From: Bradymonadia bacterium
GTDB taxonomy: Bacteria > Myxococcota_A > Bradymonadia > UBA7976 > UBA1532
DNA: 64,000 bases
Reading direction: 5' to 3'
NCBI GenBank assembly: GCA_046290225.1
Contig: JBKAGE010000037.1
Span: 128,001 to 192,000, forward strand
Shown here: positions 47,176 through 55,920 of the stretch, piece after piece
Position numbering within the stretch: the first letter of the stretch is position 1
Layout of the letters: each line of letters begins with the position of its first letter
The notes under the pieces: model-generated
The model's input: the letters and a program-made list of their open reading frames with translations, nothing else
Told to the model about the DNA's origin: nothing
Database searches by the model: none
Made by a program: the position numbers and the translations under genes

Positions 47176-48543
47176 TTACATGCGCTTGACGATCTGCTCC
47201 GCCACCGCTTCACCGCGGCTCGCGCAGTCTGGCAGCCCCACACCGAACAGGCCGTTCCCAGCGAGGTACACCCCCTTGAGCGAGGCCACGGCGGACTTCA
47301 CCTCGGAGACCCTCAGCTGGTGGCCCAGCACGTACTGCGGGATCGCAGAGTCCCAGCGGATCACCCGCGCAAAGGTGGGCTCGGGCATGGGGCCCCTGAG
47401 CGCCACCGAGAGCTCTCCACGTACGAGGTGGATCAGGGCGTCGTCGTCGAGGTTGATGAGATCGGGATGGCGGGCGCCGCCGAGGATGGAGCGGGTCATC
47501 ACGTGACCGTTCGGGGCGCGGTCGGGGAAGATGCTGCTCGTGAAGAGCCCGCCGAGGATCTTGCGATGCTCCGTCGAGGGCACCAGGTAGCCGAAGGCGT
47601 CGAGCGCCCCGGGCATCTGGGCCTTGGGGAAACCCAAACCCACCACCACCGCCGGGGCATAGGGGATCGCCTCCAGAGGCGCCACGGCGGCTGGGGCTAC
47701 GCCGGCGAGAATCCGGGCCATGGCCGCCGTGGGCGTGGCCAGCACCACAGCGTCGGCCTCAATTGGGTCACCGCCGCCGGCCTCGATGCGCCAGCGGCCC
47801 ACCTTCTTGAAGCCCGTCACCGGACGGCCCACCTGAATCGCGTCTTCGAGCTTGTGGGCCATGGCCCCCGTGAGGGTCTCCATGCCCCCGGCGAAGCCCG
47901 TGAGCTTCGGGCGACCCTTCTTCGGGCCTCCCTCACCACGGCGACGGGCCCGCAGCTTCTTCACACCCATCATCGCCGCGCCCCGCAACAGACTGCCGTG
48001 CTCTGATTCGATCTGGGCGATCTTGGGGAACGCCGCTTTCATGCTCAGGCGCCGGGGATCACCGGCATAAATGCCCGTGACCACAGCATCCATGAGCACG
48101 GCGGCTTCGGAGCCCATGCGGCGCCGGGCGAAGTCGTAGACCGACTCGTCGTCACGGCTCGAGCGCTTGGGGATCAGCGGCTCGGCGAGCAATCGCGCGG
48201 CGCCCTTGACGCTCAAGATGCTGGTGCTGAGCAGATCACCGGGGCCACCGGGCACCGCCTCGAGTCGGCCGCTGCGCATCACATAGCGCTTCTCCGACTC
48301 GGCCTTCGCCGAGATGAGCTGATCGCCGAGATCGAGAGACTCAGCGAGGCGGACCATGGACTCCCGGCTACTGAGGAACCCGTTGGGACCCCACTCCACG
48401 TGGTAACCCTCGGCGCGCTCGGTCTTGATCTTGCCGCCGACGCGATCGTCGGACTCGAGGACCACCACATCGACGCCAGCCCGCCGCAGATTCCACGCAC
48501 AGGCGAGGCCGCTCAGCCCGCCCCCGATCACCGCCACCTTCAT
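47176..48543 (-). CDS. hemY: Protoporphyrinogen oxidase (HemY type)
   Basis: VIGGGLSGL, RVGGKIKT, EWGPNGF, GIYAGDP..LSM..AFP, FGYLVP, SSIFPDRAP, AIPQYVLGH, GVGLPDC. Confidence 0.93.
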   Translation of the reverse strand: MKVAVIGGGLSGLACAWNLRRAGVDVVVLESDDRVGGKIKTERAEGYHVEWGPNGFLSSRESMVRLAESLDLGDQLISAKAESEKRYVMRSGRLEAVPGGPGDLLSTSILSVKGAARLLAEPLIPKRSSRDDESVYDFARRRMGSEAAVLMDAVVTGIYAGDPRRLSMKAAFPKIAQIESEHGSLLRGAAMMGVKKLRARRRGEGGPKKGRPKLTGFAGGMETLTGAMAHKLEDAIQVGRPVTGFKKVGRWRIEAGGGDPIEADAVVLATPTAAMARILAGVAPAAVAPLEAIPYAPAVVVGLGFPKAQMPGALDAFGYLVPSTEHRKILGGLFTSSIFPDRAPNGHVMTRSILGGARHPDLINLDDDALIHLVRGELSVALRGPMPEPTFARVIRWDSAIPQYVLGHQLRVSEVKSAVASLKGVYLAGNGLFGVGLPDCASRGEAVAEQIVKRM

Positions 48544-48548
48544 CGCTT

Positions 48549-49625
48549 CTACTCCCCGCGCTTCTTTGCTGAGGCCTCGTGCACGTAATCGACCAGCCGC
48601 TTCACCGTGTCGACCGGGGTCTTGGGGGTGATGCCGTGGCCGAGGTTGAAGATGTGGCCGGTGCCGTCACCTGCGGCGTCGAGGACGACGTCGACGGCGG
48701 GCTTCAGCGCAGACCACGGTGAAAGCAATCGGGCAGGATCGAGGTTCCCTTGAAGGGTTACGCCATCGCCGACGATGGCCCGGGCCTTCTCGAGGGGCAG
48801 GGTCCAGTCGACGCCGAGCACATCGGCGCCGGTGCCCGCGACGAGATCGAAGTAGGTGCCGGTGCCCTTGGCGAAGACGATGACTGGCACCCCGGGGCGA
48901 CGCACGCCCTCGACGATGCGCCTGGTGTAGCGGGCCCCCCAACGCTCATAGTCTGCCGGATCCATGCTGCCGGCCCAGCTGTCGAAGATCTGCACCACGC
49001 TGCAGCCGCGATCGACCTGCATGTTGAGCAGGCTGATGACCTGATCAGCGAGCTTCTCGAAGAGGGCCTCGGCGGCCTCGGGGTGCTCGTACAAGAAGGT
49101 CTTGGTCTTCAGGAAGTTCCGGGTCGAGCCGCCCTCGATGAGGTAGCTGGCCAGGGTGTAGGGGGCCCCGGCGAAGCCGATGAGGGGGGTGGTGTCGGGC
49201 AGCCCGTTCCGGATCAAGGCACAGGCGTCGCCCACGAAGCCCATGGTCTCCCGAGCGTCGGTGACGATGAGCTTCTCCACGTCGGCCACGGACTCGATGG
49301 GGTTCTCGATGACCGGCCCACCCTTGGGGAACTTCACCACGGCCCCCATGGGCTCGAGGGGGATCAGCAAATCGCTGAACAGGATCGAGGCGTCGAGATC
49401 GAAGGCGTTGATGGGCTGCAGGGTGACCTCAAGGGCCAGCTCGGGGGTGTGGCACACCTCGAGGAAGTCGTGCTTGGCCCGCACAGCCCGATACTCGGAC
49501 ATGTACCGCCCCGCCTGCCGCATCAGCCAGATCGGCGTGTGGGGCGTAGCCTCTCCTCGGCAGGCCTTGAGGAACAGCGAGTTCTGGAGCTTGGGATCTG
49601 TAAGGTGGGCGGGGGTCTGGCTCAT
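48549..49625 (-). CDS. hemE: Uroporphyrinogen decarboxylase
   Basis: PIWLMRQAGRY, ILFSDLL, LIGFAGAPYTLASY, QIFDSWAG, LQGNLDP, HIFNLGHGI. Confidence 0.96.
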   Translation of the reverse strand: MSQTPAHLTDPKLQNSLFLKACRGEATPHTPIWLMRQAGRYMSEYRAVRAKHDFLEVCHTPELALEVTLQPINAFDLDASILFSDLLIPLEPMGAVVKFPKGGPVIENPIESVADVEKLIVTDARETMGFVGDACALIRNGLPDTTPLIGFAGAPYTLASYLIEGGSTRNFLKTKTFLYEHPEAAEALFEKLADQVISLLNMQVDRGCSVVQIFDSWAGSMDPADYERWGARYTRRIVEGVRRPGVPVIVFAKGTGTYFDLVAGTGADVLGVDWTLPLEKARAIVGDGVTLQGNLDPARLLSPWSALKPAVDVVLDAAGDGTGHIFNLGHGITPKTPVDTVKRLVDYVHEASAKKRGE

Positions 49626-49750
49626 GGGGGCCTCTTTCGTGTTTCGACCCGAGGTTCATATCATCTTTACGGCTGAGGTGTCGCTCGAGGCCTTCTCTCT
49701 TTATGTCTGCTTGCCGTAAAACCAGTCACCCATTCACTCAAAGGAGCCCC

Positions 49751-50053
49751 ATGGCCGTTCAACGCATCGTCTTGCTCAAACTCCACGACGCCCACAGCAC
49801 CGACGAAGGCCGGGCGAAGTTCGCCGCCCACACTCGGGAGGTCTTCGCCAAGATCCCCGGCATCGCAGGTTTCGAGGTGGGTTTGCCCGCCGACGACCAC
49901 GCCACCGGCTCCTGGGATGTGGTCATCATGGTGCGCTTCGACAGCATGGAAGACGTGGCCGCGTATGCCGTCGAGCCGACACACCGCGAATACGTGGAGG
50001 GTTATCTCAACCCCCACGCCCACGTGAAGAAGGCCTGGAACTTCGAGATCTGA
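49751..50053 (+). CDS. Dabb (stress-responsive A/B barrel) protein
   Basis: RIVLLKL, IPGIAGFEVG, WDVVIMVRFDS..VAAYAVEPTH; AAGGAG SD. Confidence 0.8.
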   Translation: MAVQRIVLLKLHDAHSTDEGRAKFAAHTREVFAKIPGIAGFEVGLPADDHATGSWDVVIMVRFDSMEDVAAYAVEPTHREYVEGYLNPHAHVKKAWNFEI

Positions 50054-51331
50054 TCACTCGCCTTCAAGTGCGGGCTCCAGATCAGCTTCGCATGCCTCGT
50101 CCAACGCACCATCGCAGTCGTCATCGAGGCCATTGCACAGCTCTTCTCCGGGCAGCACCTGACCATCACACAGTCCTGGCTCCCCTTCGAAGCAGAGCGA
50201 GTTGCCGCCTCGACATACCCCCACCCCCTCGGTCTCCGGCGGGCCGTCGTAGCACGGCTCCACGAGTAGATCGCCGTCCTCGCCCTCGTCGGTGACGCCA
50301 TCACAGTCGTCGTCAATGTCGTTGCAGGTCTCGGGTTCGGGATCTTGAGGGATGTCGGAGGGCGTCACACTGCACACGCCGGAGCGCTGATCAGGGCTGC
50401 AGACATAACCCCCGGAGACGCTGCATGGCCCCAGGCCGATGGTGCAAGTGCGATCGAGGCCGAAGTCTTCGTCGAGCTGCCCATCACAGTCATCATCGAG
50501 ACCGTTGCACAACTCCATCTGCGGTGAGGGCCGATCATCGCTCACGGCAAAACACCTCACCCCACGGCCGTTGTCGGCGCAGCGGCCTTCTCCTTCGGTC
50601 TGGCAGATGCCGTACCCGGCGATACAAGGCTCGCCGACGGCGTACCCCTCATCGACGAGACCGTCGCAGTCGTCGTCGACGTGATCACACAGCTCGTCGC
50701 GGGGCTCGATGTCTGGGGCTCTACACGACACCTGGCCAGAGGGGTCACACCACAGCACCCCCTCGCTGAGGCATCGGCCGACGCCTTGAGTGCACGACAT
50801 TTGATTGAGCACCACCTGCTGCCCTTCGTCGGTGATGCCATCACAGTCGTCATCCTGGCCATTGCAGATCTCAGGTTGTGGGGAAGGCTCAGGGGCGTTG
50901 CACACCCGCCAGCCCTCCACCGTGCATTCGAAGGTGCCCTCGGTGATGCACCCGCCAGCTCGCCGAGTGCAAGGGCCCAGGAGATCGGTGTAGCCCTCGT
51001 CGACACGACCGTCCCCATCGTCGTCCTGACCATCACATCGCTCTCCGTCCACGATGCCGCCATCGCTACACTCGGCGCCTTCTGGGCAAGGGAGAGGATC
51101 TGCCACCTCAGCATCGGCGAGCGGCTGAACGAAGCTGTCGCTCTCCTCGAGGCTCGATGCGTCCTGGGGCTCTGGTGCGTGCAGAGATGCGTCAGGTGTT
51201 GCGGGCACGTGAGCGTCAGGCAAGACAGCAGCATCCAGCTCGCCAAGGCGTTGCGAGGCGGTCTCGGTGCACGCACTCGCCAGCGCCAGCGCACAGAGGC
51301 ACCCCATGACATATCTCGTGTAGATCACCAT
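50054..51331 (-). CDS. Cys-rich lipoprotein with MopE-related/putative metal-binding repeats
   Basis: Lipobox ASA-C; six ExC[N/D]xxDDD[C/G]DGxxDE repeats; start 51331 or 51307. Confidence 0.8.
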   Translation of the reverse strand: MVIYTRYVMGCLCALALASACTETASQRLGELDAAVLPDAHVPATPDASLHAPEPQDASSLEESDSFVQPLADAEVADPLPCPEGAECSDGGIVDGERCDGQDDDGDGRVDEGYTDLLGPCTRRAGGCITEGTFECTVEGWRVCNAPEPSPQPEICNGQDDDCDGITDEGQQVVLNQMSCTQGVGRCLSEGVLWCDPSGQVSCRAPDIEPRDELCDHVDDDCDGLVDEGYAVGEPCIAGYGICQTEGEGRCADNGRGVRCFAVSDDRPSPQMELCNGLDDDCDGQLDEDFGLDRTCTIGLGPCSVSGGYVCSPDQRSGVCSVTPSDIPQDPEPETCNDIDDDCDGVTDEGEDGDLLVEPCYDGPPETEGVGVCRGGNSLCFEGEPGLCDGQVLPGEELCNGLDDDCDGALDEACEADLEPALEGE

Positions 51332-51864
51332 TCGACCTGCCACCCCATCCCCCGATCGGACCCCGTGGTGGGCGCCGGGCGCTGGTCTTCGTGGTTCAAA
51401 TAGGCCCAGAGCAATCCGCTCGCGGCGAGTATTCCCCCAGTCACCAGAGTCGCCCGGCCCATCTTGTGGGTGCGATCGACGTCTTCGTAGAGCGCCTCGT
51501 TGCTCGGATCGTGCAGCAACTCGTCGCCGAGCCGCTCGTTCCGGTAGCTGTAGTAGCCGCTGGTGCCCAGCAACGCGGCGCCCGCGCCCACGGTGATCCA
51601 ATGCCACGGGGTGGATTCGGCCCTCTGTACCTCAGGGGTATCGAGCTGGGCGCGGATGAGCGTCGCAGGATCAGAGGTCTCTCGGTACCTGCCCTCAAGG
51701 GTACGAGCGTGTTGGACCGCCTCGAGCTGATTGATGTCGAGGGCGTGCAAGCTCTCGAGGACAGGGGGCGCCGGCGGCAGCGCCCCTGGAGCAGCCTGCG
51801 CGTGCACATCAGCGGTGCTCGCAGCCCAGATCAAAGTCAGCGTGAGGCTACAGAGAGAGATCAT
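51325..51864 (-). CDS. Hypothetical exported/membrane protein
   Basis: Signal peptide and Gly-rich hydrophobic hairpin like the PEGA protein C-termini; coupled to the downstream gene. Confidence 0.6.
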   Translation of the reverse strand: MISLCSLTLTLIWAASTADVHAQAAPGALPPAPPVLESLHALDINQLEAVQHARTLEGRYRETSDPATLIRAQLDTPEVQRAESTPWHWITVGAGAALLGTSGYYSYRNERLGDELLHDPSNEALYEDVDRTHKMGRATLVTGGILAASGLLWAYLNHEDQRPAPTTGSDRGMGWQVEW

Positions 51865-52232
51865 CGTGTCGTCCCGTCGAGATGTGTCTGGTGGAAGCCG
51901 CCCATGACGCGACGACTCATGGGGCCCAGGACGCCACCCCTAAAATGACCATTCTGTGAATGTTCTACGGGCTGAGCCGTCGGACACCGCTTTTGGTCAA
52001 AACCAGCCAGCCTCTTCGGTATGGCACTTGATGCCAGATGCCCCCGTGGGCACTTGCACCCACCATGGGGCGATCGACAGCCCCCCTTCCCTCCAAGGCC
52101 ACTGCGAGCTATCTTGCCCGCCTGTTTTGTCTTCACCTGGCCTCGGGCCAGGCCTCGCTGGCAACCGCACGTGTCGCATCAGCGTCTTCTAAAGACCCTC
52201 GCGACCGCGTCTCACATCATTTGGGAACAGCC

Positions 52233-53429
52233 ATGAGCAAGCCCCTCAGCACCGACATCGTCTTCCTCGCCGCCAAGCGCACCGCCTTCGGCACCTTCAA
52301 CGGCGCCCTGAGCAAGTACAGCGCCACCGATCTCGGCGTGCACGCCGCCAAGGCAGCTCTGGAGCAGAGCGGTGTGCCCGCTGAAGATGTGGGCCACGTG
52401 GTCTTCGGCAACGTGCTGCAGACCAGCCGCGACGCCATCTACCTCGCCCGGCACATCGGCCTGAAGGCCGGCCTGCCTCAGGAGGTGCCCGCTGTCACCG
52501 TGAACCGCCTGTGCGGCTCCGGCTTCGAGGCCATCACCCAGGGCGCCCTGATGCTGCTCAACGGCGACGCCGAGGTCGTGCTCTGCGGCGGCACCGAGTC
52601 CATGACCCAGGCCCCCATGGTGGTCCGGGGCACCCGCGGTGGCATCCGGTTCGGCGCCAACATGGAGTTCGAAGACACCCTGTGGTCCTGCCTGACCGAC
52701 ACCCACACCGGGCTGCCCATGGCCATGACCGCAGAGAACCTCGCCGAGCAGTACGACGTGAGCCGCGAGGCCTGCGACGAGTACGGCCTGCGCAGCCAGC
52801 AGGCTTGGGCCCACGCCCAGGAGCAGGGCTGGTTCAAGGACGAGATCGCCCCCATCGAGATGAAGACCCGCAAGGGCGTGGTGAGCTTCGACACCGACGA
52901 GCACCCCCGGCCTCAGACCACCGGCGAGGGCCTCGCCAAGCTGCGCCCGGTCTTCAAGAAGGACGGCACGGTCACCGCCGGCAACGCCAGCGGCATCTGC
53001 GACGGCGCCGCGGCCCTGGTCATCGCCACCGCGGAGTACGCCGAGCGCAAGGGTCTCAAGCCCCTCGCCCGCCTCGTGCAGTGGGGCGTCTCGGGCTGTG
53101 ATCCGAACATCATGGGCATCGGCCCCGTGCCCGCCGCCAAGAAGGCCCTGGAGCGCGCCGGCCTCGGCATGGGCGACATGGACGTCATCGAGGTGAACGA
53201 GGCCTTCGCGCCCCAGTACATCGCTGTGGAGAAGGCCCTGGAGCTGCCCCGGGAGAAGACCAACGTGAACGGTGGCGCCATCGCCCTCGGTCACCCCCTC
53301 GCCGCCAGCGGCGCCCGCATCACCGGCCACCTGCTCTACGAGCTCAAGCGCCGGGGCGGCAAGTACGCCCTGGGCAGCGCCTGCATCGGCGGCGGTCAGG
53401 GCATCGCCGTGATCGTGGAGGCCCTCTGA
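52233..53429 (+). CDS. Acetyl-CoA C-acyltransferase (3-ketoacyl-CoA thiolase, ACAA2/T1-like)
   Basis: VNRLCGSG, GGTESM, TAGNASGICDGAAA, EVNEAFA, GGAIALGHPLAASG, ACIGGGQG. Confidence 0.95.
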   Translation: MSKPLSTDIVFLAAKRTAFGTFNGALSKYSATDLGVHAAKAALEQSGVPAEDVGHVVFGNVLQTSRDAIYLARHIGLKAGLPQEVPAVTVNRLCGSGFEAITQGALMLLNGDAEVVLCGGTESMTQAPMVVRGTRGGIRFGANMEFEDTLWSCLTDTHTGLPMAMTAENLAEQYDVSREACDEYGLRSQQAWAHAQEQGWFKDEIAPIEMKTRKGVVSFDTDEHPRPQTTGEGLAKLRPVFKKDGTVTAGNASGICDGAAALVIATAEYAERKGLKPLARLVQWGVSGCDPNIMGIGPVPAAKKALERAGLGMGDMDVIEVNEAFAPQYIAVEKALELPREKTNVNGGAIALGHPLAASGARITGHLLYELKRRGGKYALGSACIGGGQGIAVIVEAL

Positions 53430-53430
53430 G

Positions 53431-54690
53431 ATGAGCGGCGCGCACCCCGAGGCTGATCAGGATCAGCTGGTCTACGACTGGAACGTCCGCCGGCGCCGGA
53501 CCGCCCTCGCGAAGCAAGAGGTGGTCTTCTTCGACGAGACGCTCCGCGATGGGATCCAGGGGCCCTCGATCATCGATCCCCCCATCGAAGCCAAGAAGGA
53601 GATCCTGGCGCTCACCAACGCCCTCGGGGTGCAATGGGCCGACATCGGCCTGCCCGGCGCGGGCCCCCGAGCCCGGAGCGACGTAAAGGCGCTGGTGCAG
53701 TTCATCGAGTCGGAGAAGCTGTCGATTCAGCCCTCGGCCGCTGCGCGCACGCACATCAACGACATCCGCCCCATCGCCGAGATCAGCCAGGAGACGGGCC
53801 GGGCCATCGAGGTCATGGCTTTTCTGGGCACCAGCCCCATCCGGCAATACGCCGAGAGCTGGGATCTGGACCGCCTGCTGAAGCTCAGCGGCGAGGCCAT
53901 CGAGTTCGCCGTGAAGGAGAACCTGCCGATCTGCTTCGTCACCGAAGACACGATCCGCAGCCGACCGGAGACCCTGGCGAAGCTGTTCCTCAACGCCATC
54001 GACAAGGGCGTGAACCGCCTCTGTCTGTGCGACACCGTGGGCCACGCCTCACCCGATGGCGTGCGCAACCTGATCCAGTTCACCGCCAACCTCATCGACG
54101 GCACCGGCGCTGACGTGGGCATCGACTGGCACGGCCACAACGATCGCGGCCTCGGGGTGGCCAACACCATCTTCGCCCTGGAATACGGCGCGGACCGCCT
54201 GCACGGCACCGCCCTGGGCATCGGGGAGCGCATCGGCAACGCCGCCCTGGATCAGGTGCTGCTCAACCTCAAGCTCATGGGTGAGATCGACAATGATCTC
54301 ACCAAGCTCGAGGCCTGGTGTACTGCGGTGAGCACCCACATGGGCTGGGAGATCGCCCCAGACTACCCGCTCATGGGCCGAGACGCCTTCCGCACGGCCA
54401 CCGGCGTGCATGCCGCGGCGGTGGTCAAGGCGGAGCAGAAGGGCGACGCCTGGCTCGCTGATCGCATCTACTCGGGGGTGCCCGCGGGGCTCTTCGGGAA
54501 AGAGCAATCCATCGAGATCGGCCACATGAGCGGCAAGAGCAATGTGATCTACTGGCTGCGCAAGCGCGGCTACGAGCTCGACGAGGGGCTCGTGGATCAC
54601 ATCTTCGCCCACGCCAAGGCGGGGAACCAGACGCTCAGCGACGCTGAGGTGCTGGCCCTGATCGACGCCTGGAAGTCTCAACACAGCTGA
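53431..54690 (+). CDS. DRE-TIM 2-isopropylmalate synthase/homocitrate synthase-like enzyme (no C-terminal regulatory domain)
   Basis: DETLRDGIQ, LCDTVGH, HGHNDRG, GIGERIGNA, GVHAAAV, GHMSGKSN; 419 aa. Confidence 0.85.
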   Translation: MSGAHPEADQDQLVYDWNVRRRRTALAKQEVVFFDETLRDGIQGPSIIDPPIEAKKEILALTNALGVQWADIGLPGAGPRARSDVKALVQFIESEKLSIQPSAAARTHINDIRPIAEISQETGRAIEVMAFLGTSPIRQYAESWDLDRLLKLSGEAIEFAVKENLPICFVTEDTIRSRPETLAKLFLNAIDKGVNRLCLCDTVGHASPDGVRNLIQFTANLIDGTGADVGIDWHGHNDRGLGVANTIFALEYGADRLHGTALGIGERIGNAALDQVLLNLKLMGEIDNDLTKLEAWCTAVSTHMGWEIAPDYPLMGRDAFRTATGVHAAAVVKAEQKGDAWLADRIYSGVPAGLFGKEQSIEIGHMSGKSNVIYWLRKRGYELDEGLVDHIFAHAKAGNQTLSDAEVLALIDAWKSQHS

Positions 54691-54698
54691 GGCCAGAG

Positions 54699-55074
54699 TT
54701 GGAGCGGACGGCCGTGCTTGCGCACCGCCTGTAGCGGACGGTCATCGCCTAGCGGCGACAGCCTGTAGCGGACGCCTCGCCTTCGGCGAAAGCTGTAGCG
54801 GACGCCGAGTCTGCCTCCGGCAGCCTGAGCTGTAGCTTTCTAAGAGAGTTGAGGGGGCGTTGGCTCATCTACCGCGAACGCTGTGGGCCTCTGACGAACC
54901 AGTTCCGGCGTAAGCCCCAATCCGGGTCGAGAAGCCCACCACGCACACCATAACTCTCTAAAAAGCTACAGCTCAGGCTGCCGAAGGCAGACTCGGCGTC
55001 CGCTACAGCTCTGCAAGGCGAAGCCGCAGCAGGCGTCCGCTACAGACGGCGCGCAGCGCGGTCGTCCGCTCGAA
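54699..55074. repeat. REPIN/BIME-like nested palindromic repeat cluster
   Basis: CTGTAGCGGACG at 54729, 54763, 54793 and inverted at 54997, 55034; near-perfect about 59-bp inverted arms 54791-54850 / 54952-55010 around a 101-bp spacer. Confidence 0.8.
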
Positions 55075-55088
55075 AAGTCCCCCCACTC

Positions 55089-55122
55089 AGGCGCACTGTG
55101 GGGATGTAGCCTCAGTGCGCCT
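55089..55122. terminator. Stem-loop immediately 3' of the prodomain-like gene
   Basis: AGGCGCACTG ... CAGTGCGCCT 10-bp stem abutting the stop codon at 55123; no clear U-tract. Confidence 0.4.
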
Positions 55123-55722
55123 CTACCCTGCCTGTTTGGAGCCATAACGGTTCATCGTGCCCCTCGCCCCATCCCTCAACCCGCTGGGGCGATTCACCCA
55201 GACGATGAAGTCGGGCTCCGCAAAACTCACTCGATGATCGACGTGGTACCGATTGGCCACGTAGATCGCGTCTGCCGGCACCATCCCGCCGAGGGCCAGC
55301 AAGAACGTGTTGGGCAAGATGGTGCCCTCGTCTTCGATCCTGACGCTTGAGACGTCGTTCATGACATCGATGGTCTCCCGATCGATGTGGGGCTCGAACT
55401 GAACGAGGATCCGCCCATTGGGGATGTAGAGCGTCTCGTCGCCCACGGTGGCCCGTGAAGAGAAAACCGGTACATGATAGACGCCGGCGGGCAGGTCGAC
55501 GGTGTCGACCCGCACGCTGGAGCACCCCTCTGCCATGGGGATCAGCGCCATGTCGTAGTCCGGAAAATAGACAATGTCCTCGTGACTGCCGAAGCGCCCG
55601 TTGAGGCCGACATACGTCTCGAAATCCACCTGTCTCATGGCACTCACGCCGATGACCGCGATGAACTGAACGGACAGCTTCAAAGGCACTCGGGTCTCTC
55701 CGAGAAAGTAGTACTCGTACAT
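55123..55722 (-). CDS. Stand-alone subtilase N-terminal prodomain-like protein
   Basis: MYEYYFLGETRVPL..IAV; PVF..LYIPNGRILVQF; NTFLL..AIYVANRY..VSFAEPDF. This pattern normally precedes S8 catalytic domains, but here the ORF stops about 26 aa later. Confidence 0.6.
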   Translation of the reverse strand: MYEYYFLGETRVPLKLSVQFIAVIGVSAMRQVDFETYVGLNGRFGSHEDIVYFPDYDMALIPMAEGCSSVRVDTVDLPAGVYHVPVFSSRATVGDETLYIPNGRILVQFEPHIDRETIDVMNDVSSVRIEDEGTILPNTFLLALGGMVPADAIYVANRYHVDHRVSFAEPDFIVWVNRPSGLRDGARGTMNRYGSKQAG

Positions 55723-55920
55723 GTGGCATGACCTTGCGTTGGGTCTGGAGCGGCCTGCTCCAAGCAGTGACGATGCCGCGCTGACCACACCCTCCCAAAA
55801 GGCCGATGTGCTGACGAGGGACACAAGGGGGGGTCTTGTGTCGTTGCGTGGTCTTCCAAGGGGTGCTTAGACTGCGGGACCATCACATGCAGAAGCAGCA
55901 CACATTCGCAGGGAGGCGAG

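Noticed and set aside
54729..55045. Possible CRISPR array (repeated CTGTAGCGGACG with short spacers) near a TPR-CHAT gene
   Set aside because: Repeat is only 12 bp, spacers are 18-25 bp hairpins, units occur in both orientations and no cas genes are present; it fits REP/REPIN better.
55724..55737. Sigma-54 promoter for the S8 operon (TGGCATG-ACC-TTGC)
   Set aside because: GG-N9-GC spacing is one base short of the strict requirement.
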